Shown one piece after another: positions 1-8,476 of a DNA stretch of 64,000 nt; position 1 is the stretch's first letter, and each line of letters starts with the position of its first letter. Under the pieces are notes generated by a model. It worked only from the letters and a program-made list of their open reading frames with translations. It was not told where the DNA came from and made no database searches. Source of the DNA: Anaerolineales bacterium (lineage in GTDB: Bacteria > Chloroflexota > Anaerolineae > Anaerolineales > UBA11579); the NCBI GenBank assembly GCA_026129305.1, contig JAHCII010000010.1, forward strand, positions 7,277-71,276. The letters run 5' to 3'. The translations under genes and the position numbers were made by a program.

Positions 1-1
1 C

Positions 2-136
2 CCTGACTACGCCGCGCAAAGTTTTGTGTGTGTACTCAATCCAGCTGTCACGTGGGGGAAAGTGCAGGAACTACTGGCAGAGGCCTATCAGCAGGCAGTG
101 CGCCGTTATCTACGAAAGGAAGCGAGCAGCGGCTAA
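2..136 (+). CDS. 3' end of a gene entering from upstream of the window (function unknown)
   Basis: Frame 2 is open from the window edge to TAA 134-136 (..VTWGKVQELLAEAYQQAVRRYLRKEASSG*). It is absent from the ORF track because no start lies in the window. Coding status is judged only from the open frame. Confidence 0.3.
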   Translation, partial: PDYAAQSFVCVLNPAVTWGKVQELLAEAYQQAVRRYLRKEASSG

Positions 137-690
137 CCCTTGCCGCCTCGCCAGCGCTGCCAGACGCGGCGCAGCATGTACGGCAGCGGGTTGAGTGGCA
201 GCAGGTCGCTGCGGTAGCCGGGCGAAGCCTCCCGCATCAGCCGGGCGGCTTCGCGCAGCACGGCCGGGTCGTGGGTCAATGGCAGCTGCTCGATCGCCAG
301 ATAGGCGGCATGCCGCGGCGGGGCGCCCAGATCACGCAACACCTGGATCTGCAGCTGCCAGGCTTCCAGCTCCCCATACACCGACAGCGCCACCCAAAAC
401 CCTTGTTCGTAGTGTTTGACCTCATGGGCGATCGCCGAGAGCGTCCAAGCGTCCCGCCCCTGGCGCACCAGCTCGGCGCGGGCCGCATTCAGCACGATCA
501 GCGGCGGGCCGAACAGCATGCCCCACAGGGTCCACTTGGCCCCGGTGGGCTGGCGCCCAAAGCGAATCGGCGCGTTGCGCTGCGAGACGAACGCCACAGC
601 ATGCAGCCCGCGCTCCCCCGAATGTCCCAGGCGCGTCAGGGCCGCCACTTCCCAATCCGGGCGGCCTTGCTGGCGTAAACGTTCGCTCAT
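133..690 (-). CDS. hypothetical protein with HExxH (HEVKH) metallopeptidase-like motif
   Basis: 185-aa ORF with an AIAHEVKHYEQG motif. A TATAAT on the minus strand (702-697) lies 6 nt upstream of the ATG. Confidence 0.6.
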   Translation of the reverse strand: MSERLRQQGRPDWEVAALTRLGHSGERGLHAVAFVSQRNAPIRFGRQPTGAKWTLWGMLFGPPLIVLNAARAELVRQGRDAWTLSAIAHEVKHYEQGFWVALSVYGELEAWQLQIQVLRDLGAPPRHAAYLAIEQLPLTHDPAVLREAARLMREASPGYRSDLLPLNPLPYMLRRVWQRWRGGKG

Positions 691-709
691 GCCCTGATTA
701 TATTGGCTT

Positions 710-715
710 TATAAT
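710..715 (+). promoter_or_regulatory. -10 box (TATAAT) of the dnaE-like gene
   Basis: TATAAT lies 13 nt upstream of ATG 729. No Shine-Dalgarno sequence is present in between. Confidence 0.5.
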
Positions 716-716
716 A

Positions 717-728
717 GAACAAGCGTTC
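717..728. promoter_or_regulatory. LexA (Cheo-type SOS) box GAACAAGCGTTC
   Basis: Perfect GAAC-N4-GTTC palindrome between the -10 box and the ATG at 729. Confidence 0.65.
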
Positions 729-3686
729 ATGTTTGTGCATTTAGCCACCCACTCGCAGTTTTCCTTTCTACGCGGCCTGCCCGCCCCGGCCCAGCTGGCA
801 GCCGCGGCCGCCGCGGCGGGCCAGCCGGTCCTGGCCCTCTGCGACCACAACCGCCTCAGCGGGGCCATCGAGTTCAGCCTGGCCTGCCAGACCGCCGGCA
901 TCCGACCCATTCTGGGTATGACCGTCAGGCTGCAGGCCGGCCAACCGCTTACCCTGCGTCTGCTGGCAATCAACGCCCAGGGTTGGACGCAGCTATGCCA
1001 GCTGAGCAGCTGGCTGCAAGGGGAGCCCAACGGGGACGAACGCAGCTTGCCCTTGGCCCAGTTGCAGCAGCACGCCGAGGGCCTGATCTGCCTGGCGGAT
1101 GCACCCCACCCCGAGCTGGGACAGTTGTTTGGCGATCGCTTTTACCGGGCCGGCGTGGATGCTGCGCTGTGGCCCGTCTATTACCTGCAGCCGCAGGAAG
1201 CCGGCCTGCAGCGTCTGGCCGCCGCCATCCGCACCAACACGCCGCTCTCCGCCCTACCCGCTGACGCCTCCGCGCCGGCGCACTTTCCCAGCGCGGCGGA
1301 AATGCAGGCGCGCTTCAGCCCGGCGGCCCTGGCGGCGACATGGGAAATTGCCGAGCGCTGCCAGTTCGACTTGCCGCTGGGCCAGCCCAACTTCCCCCAG
1401 CCCGACCTGCCGCCCGGGCAAGACGCGCAGGAAGCGCTGCGCCGCCGGGCCTACGCCGGCGCGCAGCGCCATTACGGTGAAATCAGCCAAACCCTGCGCG
1501 CCCGCCTGGACCACGAACTGCAAGTCATCCAAGCCAGCGGCTACACCACGCTGTTCCTGATCATGGAAGAGATCCTGGGATTTGCCCGCCGGGCCGGCGT
1601 GCCCATCTCTTCACGCGGCTCAGCGGCTTCCTCGCTGGTGGCCCACTGCCTGGAGATCACCACCCCAGACCCCATGCGCCTCAACCTGTATTTCGAGCGC
1701 TTCCTCAACCCGGCCCGGCCCAACCCGCCGGATATTGATACCGACCTGTGCTCGCGACGCCGCGATGTGGTCATCCGCCACGTCTACGAACACTACGGCG
1801 CAGACCGGGTGGCGATGGTGGCCACCATCAACCGCTTCCGACGCCGTTCGGCCCTGCGTGAGGTCGCCAAGGCGCACGGCCTGCCGCCCGCCGAGATCAA
1901 GCGCATGGTGGACAGCCTACCCTATCGCTACTGGGGGCCGGGCCACCATCCTGAAGATCCGCAGGCCTATGCTGACCTGGAAAGCCGTTTCCGCAGCCCG
2001 CAGCACCAGCGCGTCTTCGCCGACGCCCAAGCCCTGATCGGTCTCCCTCACCACCTCTCCATCCATCCTGGCGGCATCGTGATCAGTTCCAGCCCGCTGA
2101 CCGACACGGTGCCCACCCAATTCTCCGGTAAGGGCATCACCATCACCCAATACGACCTGGAGGGTGTGCAGCACATGGGCCTGGTCAAGATGGACCTACT
2201 GGGCACGCGCGGCCTGACCGTGCTGGGCGACGTAGCCGACCACATCCGCCAGCACAGCGCGGCGGGCAGCCAACGCCTGCAGGTGCTGGACGAGATCCCT
2301 GACCACGACCCGCTCACCGCCGAGATGGTGCGCAACGGCCGCACCATCGGCTGTTTCCAGATCGAAAGCCCGGGCATGCGCGCCACGCTGCGCGAGACGC
2401 AGGCCGACAGCGTCGACAATGTCATGGCCGCCCTGGCCTTGTTCCGCCCTGGGCCGTTGACCGGCGGCCTGAAAGACGCCTTCGTGCGCCGCCACCTGGG
2501 CCGCGAACGCGTCGAGCACATCCACCCCGCCCTGGAACCGCTGCTGGCCGAGACACACGGCGTCTTCCTCTATCAGGAGCAGGTGCTGCGTGTGGCCCAT
2601 GAACTGGCCGGCTTCAGCCTGGCCGAATCCGACCTGCTGCGCCGGGCGATGAGCCACTTTGACCCCGGCAAGCAAATGCAAACCTTGAAAGAGAAATTTG
2701 TGCGCGGCGCAGGAGAGATCAAGCAGGTGCCGCCCGCAGTTGCTGAGCGCATTTGGGACATGATGGCGGCCTTCTCCGGCTACGGCTTCCCCAAAGCGCA
2801 TGCTGCTTCCTACGCTCAAGTTGCTTGGCGCTCGGCCTGGTGCAAGGCCCACTACCCGGCGGAGTTCATGGCCGCCGTGCTGGCCAACTGGGGCGGCTAC
2901 TACGGGCAGGAAACCTATCTGCTGGAAGCGCTGCGCATGGGCCTGCGTCTGCACCCGCCGCACATCAACCATTCCCAACGCCAATTCAGCGTCTCGTATA
3001 TAGAAGGCCAGCCACGGCTCTACATGGGCTTGGACCAGCTGCGTGAGCTGGGGCGCGAAACCCAACGGCGCATCATCGCCCTGCGCCCGTTCAGCTCGCT
3101 GGGCGACTTCCTGACCCGCGCCTATCCGCGCCCGGTTGAGGCGCGCCGCCTGATCCAGGTCGGCGCGTTGGAGGGGTTGGGTTTGATCCCCCATTTACTG
3201 GAAGAACTGGAACAAGGCGCCTGGCGGCGCGGCCAGCTGCCGCTGTTTGAAGCGCCAGCCGCACAAAGCGAAGATTGGAGCGAAGTCGAGAAAGCCGAAA
3301 CCCAACGTGAACTGCTGGGCGTGGCCCTGGCCGCCCATCCGCTGGATACCTTTGCCGCCCAGGCCGCGGCGGCCGGCGCGCTCAACACACTGGAAGCCGC
3401 CGGGCGCGCCCCAGGCGCCGAACTGCGCGTGGCAGGCATGCGTCAGACCTGGCGGCGGGTTCAAACCAGCCGCGGCGGCTATTTGTATTTCATGGACCTG
3501 GCCGACTTTGAAGGCACACTGCGCGTGGTCATCCCAGACGAAGTCTATCGCCGGGATCGCCAGGCCTTCAACAGCCGGGACGCGCTGCTGGTCACCGGCC
3601 GCTTGGAAAGCGGCCGCGAGTCACCTGAACCCGTGCTGCAGGCCACGCGACTGGCCGCGCTGGGGCCAGCCGCTAGCCGGCCGTAA
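729..3686 (+). CDS. dnaE: DNA polymerase III alpha-subunit family protein, short DnaE2-like form
   Basis: 985-aa ORF. PHP N-terminus FVHLATHSQFSFLRG, polymerase motifs PDIDTD and KMDLLGTRGL, and a C-terminal OB-like segment. No long C-terminal tau-binding extension. Confidence 0.9.
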   Translation: MFVHLATHSQFSFLRGLPAPAQLAAAAAAAGQPVLALCDHNRLSGAIEFSLACQTAGIRPILGMTVRLQAGQPLTLRLLAINAQGWTQLCQLSSWLQGEPNGDERSLPLAQLQQHAEGLICLADAPHPELGQLFGDRFYRAGVDAALWPVYYLQPQEAGLQRLAAAIRTNTPLSALPADASAPAHFPSAAEMQARFSPAALAATWEIAERCQFDLPLGQPNFPQPDLPPGQDAQEALRRRAYAGAQRHYGEISQTLRARLDHELQVIQASGYTTLFLIMEEILGFARRAGVPISSRGSAASSLVAHCLEITTPDPMRLNLYFERFLNPARPNPPDIDTDLCSRRRDVVIRHVYEHYGADRVAMVATINRFRRRSALREVAKAHGLPPAEIKRMVDSLPYRYWGPGHHPEDPQAYADLESRFRSPQHQRVFADAQALIGLPHHLSIHPGGIVISSSPLTDTVPTQFSGKGITITQYDLEGVQHMGLVKMDLLGTRGLTVLGDVADHIRQHSAAGSQRLQVLDEIPDHDPLTAEMVRNGRTIGCFQIESPGMRATLRETQADSVDNVMAALALFRPGPLTGGLKDAFVRRHLGRERVEHIHPALEPLLAETHGVFLYQEQVLRVAHELAGFSLAESDLLRRAMSHFDPGKQMQTLKEKFVRGAGEIKQVPPAVAERIWDMMAAFSGYGFPKAHAASYAQVAWRSAWCKAHYPAEFMAAVLANWGGYYGQETYLLEALRMGLRLHPPHINHSQRQFSVSYIEGQPRLYMGLDQLRELGRETQRRIIALRPFSSLGDFLTRAYPRPVEARRLIQVGALEGLGLIPHLLEELEQGAWRRGQLPLFEAPAAQSEDWSEVEKAETQRELLGVALAAHPLDTFAAQAAAAGALNTLEAAGRAPGAELRVAGMRQTWRRVQTSRGGYLYFMDLADFEGTLRVVIPDEVYRRDRQAFNSRDALLVTGRLESGRESPEPVLQATRLAALGPAASRP

Positions 3687-4080
3687 AGCCGCGCCGCCAG
3701 GCCAGCACCCCAGCCCAGCCGGCGGCAGCTCCCAGGCTGGCCAACGGCGAGAACCAGCCCTGTGCCGCGCTCCACAGCAAGATCAGCAGCATAGAGAAGC
3801 CGGCATACAACCAGGCCAGGCGCGCCTGCCAGGCGCCTGGGATGCCCCGGCGCCCAAAGTAGGCAAACAGCCCGGCGGAAACCAGCCCCAGGCCGGCCTT
3901 GGGCAACAGCGTCAGCGGCAAGCTCAAGCTGGAACCGAAATAGGCCAGGGCTGCCAGGAAGCTGGCGCTGCGGCTGGGTAAGTCCTTGGCGCGGCCGGCA
4001 AAAGCGCCCAGCAGGGCGGCAAAACCCAAATGCACGGCCACCAAAGCTGCCATGCCAATCCAATCGGAATTCAAAAGCAC
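3673..4080 (-). CDS. hypothetical polytopic membrane protein
   Basis: 135-aa ORF made of 4 hydrophobic segments. Convergent 14-nt overlap with the dnaE 3' end. Confidence 0.55.
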   Translation of the reverse strand: MLLNSDWIGMAALVAVHLGFAALLGAFAGRAKDLPSRSASFLAALAYFGSSLSLPLTLLPKAGLGLVSAGLFAYFGRRGIPGAWQARLAWLYAGFSMLLILLWSAAQGWFSPLASLGAAAGWAGVLAWRRGFTAG

Positions 4081-4130
4081 ACCTCCGTTTCTTCAGAGAT
4101 GTGCAAGCTTTATGCCGTTTGAGTCGTAGT

Positions 4131-4640
4131 TTAGGAAATCCGCGCCCAAGCAGTGAAGACCAACACCAACAAGCCCAGCAGCAGGTTGGCGGTCACCAGG
4201 CGCTGGAACTGGATCAAGAGGACCTGGTCGCCGGCCTCCAGGCCGCCCTTGCTGCGCGCCCGGCGCAAAGCGGCGCGCCCCAGGGCGGGCGAGACCTTCC
4301 AGGTCAGGTAGGCAGAAACGCCGATCATGGCAAAGAAGACCAGATGTTTGGCCAGCATGGCCACCGCCCACGGGTTGCTGATGCTCAGAAAACCGTCGTA
4401 GTTGGGGTTGGGCGTCATCTGCATCAACCCGGTAAAGGTCAACAGCCCCAGGCTGAACCAGCCCAGCGGGTCCAGGCGCGTATTGAGCGCTTGCAGCCAG
4501 GCGGCATAGTCCGCGGCGGGCAGGCCCCGGCGCAAGCTGGGCAATACAAACAGGGCCAGGGCGGCCAGACTGCCCAGCCAAACTGCGGTGGCCAGCATAT
4601 GCAACCAGAAAGAGATCAGCAGCGCCCAGTCAGGGATCAT
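4131..4640 (-). CDS. CopD-like membrane protein
   Basis: 169-aa ORF with 4 TM segments and a LHMLATAVWLGSL motif typical of the CopD domain. Follows the upstream gene by 9 nt. Confidence 0.6.
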   Translation of the reverse strand: MIPDWALLISFWLHMLATAVWLGSLAALALFVLPSLRRGLPAADYAAWLQALNTRLDPLGWFSLGLLTFTGLMQMTPNPNYDGFLSISNPWAVAMLAKHLVFFAMIGVSAYLTWKVSPALGRAALRRARSKGGLEAGDQVLLIQFQRLVTANLLLGLLVLVFTAWARIS

Positions 4641-4649
4641 GCTGCGGGG

Positions 4650-5678
4650 TTATTCGTTGCCGTGTTCCAGGCAGTTTTGACTGAAGCGGTCGGCCTCGGC
4701 CTGCTGCTCAGGCGTCAGCGGTGTGATGGCGTTGGCCTCGTAAATGCGCTCTTCAGCCGAGCACCACTGCTTCTGCACCCCCAGGCGCATGGCCTCATCC
4801 ACCATCTCCTCGGCGGAGCGCACCAAAGCGGTGTTGTAGCGGTCCAGCGCGCTGATGAAACTGAGATCGTGCAGGCTGGGGGCCGCATCCTTCACATAAC
4901 TGAAGTACTGCACGGCCTGCGGCCAGTCGATCTCCCAGAAGCTGGAACCCACCAAGTACCAGATCGCCCATTGGCGGTAGTTGCTGACTTCATTGTCCAG
5001 CGGGCCGATCTGCTCAGCCCGATTCAGGTCAAAGATGCCCGGCTCCAATTCGCCGGAGAGGATGCGCGCCACGCCGCGCTGGCGCAGGGCCACATAGTAC
5101 AGACCGTCCACTTCGATCGGCTTATAGTCTGCGAAGTTGCGGCGCAGGGTGTCCAGCGAGGTCAGCGTGCCGCTCCAATCATTGGCGGACATACGCGAGG
5201 GCAGTTCATTAAAGATCGTGTCGGCGCCGCGCAGGTCCGGGGTTGGCTCAGCTTCCGGCTCCGCGGCCGTGTCGCCGATACTGGCCATTGGGTCGCTTTG
5301 TTCGCATATCGAGGCTTCCACCAGGGCGCTCTGGGCCGCCGGATGGTCGGCCATCAGCTCGATCACGTAGATCAGGCGTTCTTTGGCGCGTGCACAGGCG
5401 CCTTGTTGCAGGTCGCTCAGGGCCAGCTCATATTGGTAATGGGCTTCCACCGCGCTCTGCAAAGTTTGCTCGTTTTGGCGCGCCATCAGCGCGGTCTGAT
5501 AACCAACCAGGGCACCCAGCCCACCCAGCAAGAGCAACAAGCCCAGGCCGCCCAGGATCCAGGTCCAGCGCCGCGGCCGGGGGGCGCCGGCCGGCGCCGC
5601 GCTGACCTTTTGGGTGGCGGCAGGGTCACTGACCGGTGTATTGGGGGTGGTTTCTTCGGTGAATTCTGGCTCAGACAT
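4650..5678 (-). CDS. single-pass membrane protein with large extracytoplasmic domain (operon partner of the anti-sigma factor)
   Basis: 342-aa ORF. Acidic/Pro-rich N-terminus, one TM segment (WILGGLGLLLLLGGLGALVGY), then a soluble domain. Confidence 0.65.
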   Translation of the reverse strand: MSEPEFTEETTPNTPVSDPAATQKVSAAPAGAPRPRRWTWILGGLGLLLLLGGLGALVGYQTALMARQNEQTLQSAVEAHYQYELALSDLQQGACARAKERLIYVIELMADHPAAQSALVEASICEQSDPMASIGDTAAEPEAEPTPDLRGADTIFNELPSRMSANDWSGTLTSLDTLRRNFADYKPIEVDGLYYVALRQRGVARILSGELEPGIFDLNRAEQIGPLDNEVSNYRQWAIWYLVGSSFWEIDWPQAVQYFSYVKDAAPSLHDLSFISALDRYNTALVRSAEEMVDEAMRLGVQKQWCSAEERIYEANAITPLTPEQQAEADRFSQNCLEHGNE

Positions 5679-5734
5679 GGGTGTAATTATACCCAGCAGG
5701 CCCTGATTGCAATATCAAAGAAATTAACGGCAGG

Positions 5735-5998
5735 CTAAGAAGGCAAGTCGGCAGAGGAATCTGTCTGCAATTCATTCAAGGCGGCCAAAAGCGCCTGGTA
5801 TTCCTCGGCGCAGCCCGTACAAAGCTCCAAATGGTATTTGATCAACGGGAAAGCCTGCGAGGCATCTTTGCCGTCCAATTCGAGTTCCACAAAGCGGTCC
5901 AGGCTTTCAAAGCAGGTCTCACAGCCAATTTCCTCGCTGCGCGTGTGCAGTGCTCTGCGAATGAGTTTCTTAAGGGTTTCGGATTGGATGCGTGCCAT
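5735..5998 (-). CDS. zinc-binding anti-sigma factor (ZAS family, soluble)
   Basis: 87-aa ORF with an HxxxCxxC motif (HLELCTGC) plus an upstream CETC. Lies directly downstream of the ECF sigma gene and has no TM segment. Confidence 0.75.
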   Translation of the reverse strand: MARIQSETLKKLIRRALHTRSEEIGCETCFESLDRFVELELDGKDASQAFPLIKYHLELCTGCAEEYQALLAALNELQTDSSADLPS

Positions 5999-6037
5999 GG
6001 ATTTGTGTATTGACGCTCTTTATTGGGGGAGTATTAC

Positions 6038-6694
6038 CTAGTCGGCCTCGAAAACAGCCAGCAATTCCTGAGCGGAGAGGCCGCTTTTTTCTTCCAATTT
6101 CTGGCGCAACCGCTGGCGCGCATCGTGCAGCAGCTTGTAAAGCGCATTCGGGTTGGTCTCCAGACGCTCGGCCACCTCGCTGAGCGGCAGCCCGTCCTGC
6201 AGAATGGCCAGCATGGCCGTGCGCTGGCGCTCAGTGAGCTCCTCGAAGATCAGTTGCTCCACCGTGCCCATCAGCTCGCGCTGGCTGGCCAGTTGCTCCG
6301 GCTGCGGGCTGTGATCAGTGAGGATACTGGGGGTCAACTCGTCGCCCTCGCTGGATTCGGTGAAGACCTGTAAAGGAATGTCCCGCCAGCGCCGGCGACG
6401 CAGTTCCGAGAGCGCCACATGCACCGCGATCTTTTGCGCCCAGGTGGTGAAACGGCTTTCGCCGCGGAACGAATCCAGATTGCCGAGGACTTTGAGCAGG
6501 GCTTCCTGGGCAAAGTCCTCGGCCAGGCTGTCCAGGTCATCCTGCACGCGGCCCGCCAGGGCGGCGCGCAGGCCGCGCAGCAGCACCGCACGCAGGTCCT
6601 CAATGGCTTCGGGAGAGGCGTCGTGCAGCGCTGCCAACCATTCCGGGTTGCTGCGCTGGGCCGTGTTTGGGGCGGCTGTCACGCCAGGAATCAT
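6038..6694 (-). CDS. ECF-type RNA polymerase sigma-70 family factor
   Basis: 218-aa ORF. Region 2 FRGESRFTTWAQKIAVHVALSELRRRRW; region 4 LTERQRTAMLAILQDGLPLSEVAERLETNPNALYKLLHDARQRLRQKL. Confidence 0.9.
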   Translation of the reverse strand: MIPGVTAAPNTAQRSNPEWLAALHDASPEAIEDLRAVLLRGLRAALAGRVQDDLDSLAEDFAQEALLKVLGNLDSFRGESRFTTWAQKIAVHVALSELRRRRWRDIPLQVFTESSEGDELTPSILTDHSPQPEQLASQRELMGTVEQLIFEELTERQRTAMLAILQDGLPLSEVAERLETNPNALYKLLHDARQRLRQKLEEKSGLSAQELLAVFEAD

Positions 6695-6716
6695 ACCATC
6701 GGCTTAGCGGCCGGCC

Positions 6717-8339
6717 CTAGCGCTGCCACTCAGGGTAGCAGGGCCAAAGCTCATCATCCAATCTCACCGCCGGCAGGTAATCCGCCTCGGTGTAGGCCAC
6801 GGCAGGAAAGCCCGCTTCGCTTTGCAGCGCAGCCCATTCACGCCGCGCCGTCGCCTCGGCTGCATTCCACTCGCGCCAATCCGGCTGCAGCATCTCCGGG
6901 TTCAGATGAAAGTAGCAGGCCAGCGCGGCGGCCAGCGGCTTGGCCAGGGCTTCATCGCCATCGGCCTGCGCGGTGCGGTAGCCTTCGACCAGCGCCGGGA
7001 TGGCGTCCGCAGACAGCTGGGCCAGATAACCGTAGTCCAGCGGGCCGTCGCTGCCCAGGCGGGAGGCGACCGGGTCGTTCTGGTGCACCGAACCGATCAG
7101 CGCCTCGCGGGCATGCGCAATATTGGCGCGCACGATGAAGGCATCCACATTCAGGGCCAGCAGGCTGAGCACAAAGCCCAGGCTGGCAGCCAACACGGCC
7201 AGGGCAAAAGCGCGCGGGCGGCGCCAGGCCTCCAGCAAGACCACGGCCAGCAGCAACAGACCCAGCCAGATCATGAACACATGCGGGTAAGTGCGCAGGC
7301 GGCTGAAGCCATAGGCCTGCTCCAGCAGCAGCAGCCGTTGGAAAGCGGAAGCCAGAATGACCGCCACCTGAGCGAAGAGCACAAAACCCAACCCGGCAAA
7401 CCAGGTGTGCTGCGTGGCGTTCTCACGCTTGGATAGCGCGCTCAAGAGCATGAAAGAGCCCAGCAAGGCCAGCGAAACCACCACCAACTCGGCAAACCCG
7501 CGCCGGGCATATTCAGCAAAGGTAAACCCGGCCGGACCTTCGACAATATTGGCCAGACCGCCAAAGAAGTAGCGGAACTGCACGAAGACGAAGACCATCA
7601 ACAGCAGATTGACGCTGACCAGCACAGTGGTCACTTCCGGGAAGCCAATGAAGGGATGCACCCAGGGTTTGTCTTCCCCGATCAGGGCTTGCTTCTGGCT
7701 GCGTTCAAAGGCATAGCTGTAGGCCGCGGCCAGTATGTAGGCCACGACCAGGATGATAAAGCCGCGCCACAGGAATTCCGGCAGGCGCTCAAAGTCGGCG
7801 AAGAAGCGTTCCACCCATTCGGCAAAAAAGGCATCGGCCGAAGCCAGCAGCACCATCAGAAAGCCCAGCAGCGGCAGGGCCAGCAGCAGGCCGCGCCCCA
7901 CAGGCAGCAGCCAGCGCAGCGCCCCGCTCTTGGGCGCCGCTCCGTTGGCGCGCATCAGCCCCAGTCCCTGCGGGATGAAGCCCAGCAGCTTGTAGACATA
8001 GTCCACGAAACCGAAGCGCGGCCACTGCCCGCCCAGAAAGCTGATGGCGAACAAGGCCAGCAGTCCCACCGCCGCCGTGCGGCTGAGCAGCACGGTCAGC
8101 GGCTCGGTGCGCACCCCGCTGACCAGAGAGAGCAAGGCGATCGGCAGTAGCAGCCCCATGGCCGCACGCGCCGGCTTAAGCCCGGCGCGCTGCGCCAGCC
8201 AGAAGCCGGCGGCCAGCAGCAAAGCCATGTAAATCGCAAAGGAAACACTAAGGCTGCGTCCCCAGAACAGGAAATCAAACGCGATCCCCAGAATCACAGC
8301 CATCGGGAACAGCCACAAATGAGCTTTCTTAGCCATCAC
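6717..8339 (-). CDS. polytopic membrane protein, DUF4153/DUF4173-like
   Basis: 540-aa ORF with at least 10 TM segments. GGAGGTG Shine-Dalgarno sequence upstream of the ATG. Confidence 0.7.
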   Translation of the reverse strand: MMAKKAHLWLFPMAVILGIAFDFLFWGRSLSVSFAIYMALLLAAGFWLAQRAGLKPARAAMGLLLPIALLSLVSGVRTEPLTVLLSRTAAVGLLALFAISFLGGQWPRFGFVDYVYKLLGFIPQGLGLMRANGAAPKSGALRWLLPVGRGLLLALPLLGFLMVLLASADAFFAEWVERFFADFERLPEFLWRGFIILVVAYILAAAYSYAFERSQKQALIGEDKPWVHPFIGFPEVTTVLVSVNLLLMVFVFVQFRYFFGGLANIVEGPAGFTFAEYARRGFAELVVVSLALLGSFMLLSALSKRENATQHTWFAGLGFVLFAQVAVILASAFQRLLLLEQAYGFSRLRTYPHVFMIWLGLLLLAVVLLEAWRRPRAFALAVLAASLGFVLSLLALNVDAFIVRANIAHAREALIGSVHQNDPVASRLGSDGPLDYGYLAQLSADAIPALVEGYRTAQADGDEALAKPLAAALACYFHLNPEMLQPDWREWNAAEATARREWAALQSEAGFPAVAYTEADYLPAVRLDDELWPCYPEWQR

Positions 8340-8426
8340 ACCTCCAGGCGGCGATCGGCCGCACGAGGCTATTTATCCCATCCAAGGCTATCAAAAACTC
8401 TCAAACCCTCTATCCAGGCTGCCAAT

Positions 8427-8462
8427 AAAAAAGCCCCGCCGAGGTTCAGCGGGGCTTTTTTT
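8427..8462 (-). terminator. intrinsic terminator (bidirectional shape) after the SH3 lipoprotein gene
   Basis: Stem AGCCCCGC / GCGGGGCT with a 9-nt loop, flanked by an A-run and a T-run. Confidence 0.8.
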
Positions 8463-8476
8463 GTTTACATGCCTGC

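Noticed and set aside
28-678. 216-aa plus-strand ORF at the window start
   Set aside because: It overlaps the minus-strand HExxH ORF almost completely and has an Arg/Gly/Pro-rich composition. The short frame-2 gene end (2-136) and the minus-strand ORF explain the region better.
4101-5738. 545-aa plus-strand ORF, and similar very long ORFs at 15516-17090(-), 40181-41845(+), 35988-37019(+), 32105-33316(+), 30880-31899(+), 24148-25119(-) and 61525-62451(-)
   Set aside because: Each lies antisense to a gene with clear family motifs (Walker boxes, lipoboxes, TM patterns). Their translations are Arg/Gly/Ala/His/Gln-rich low-complexity strings, typical of stop-poor antisense frames in high-GC DNA.
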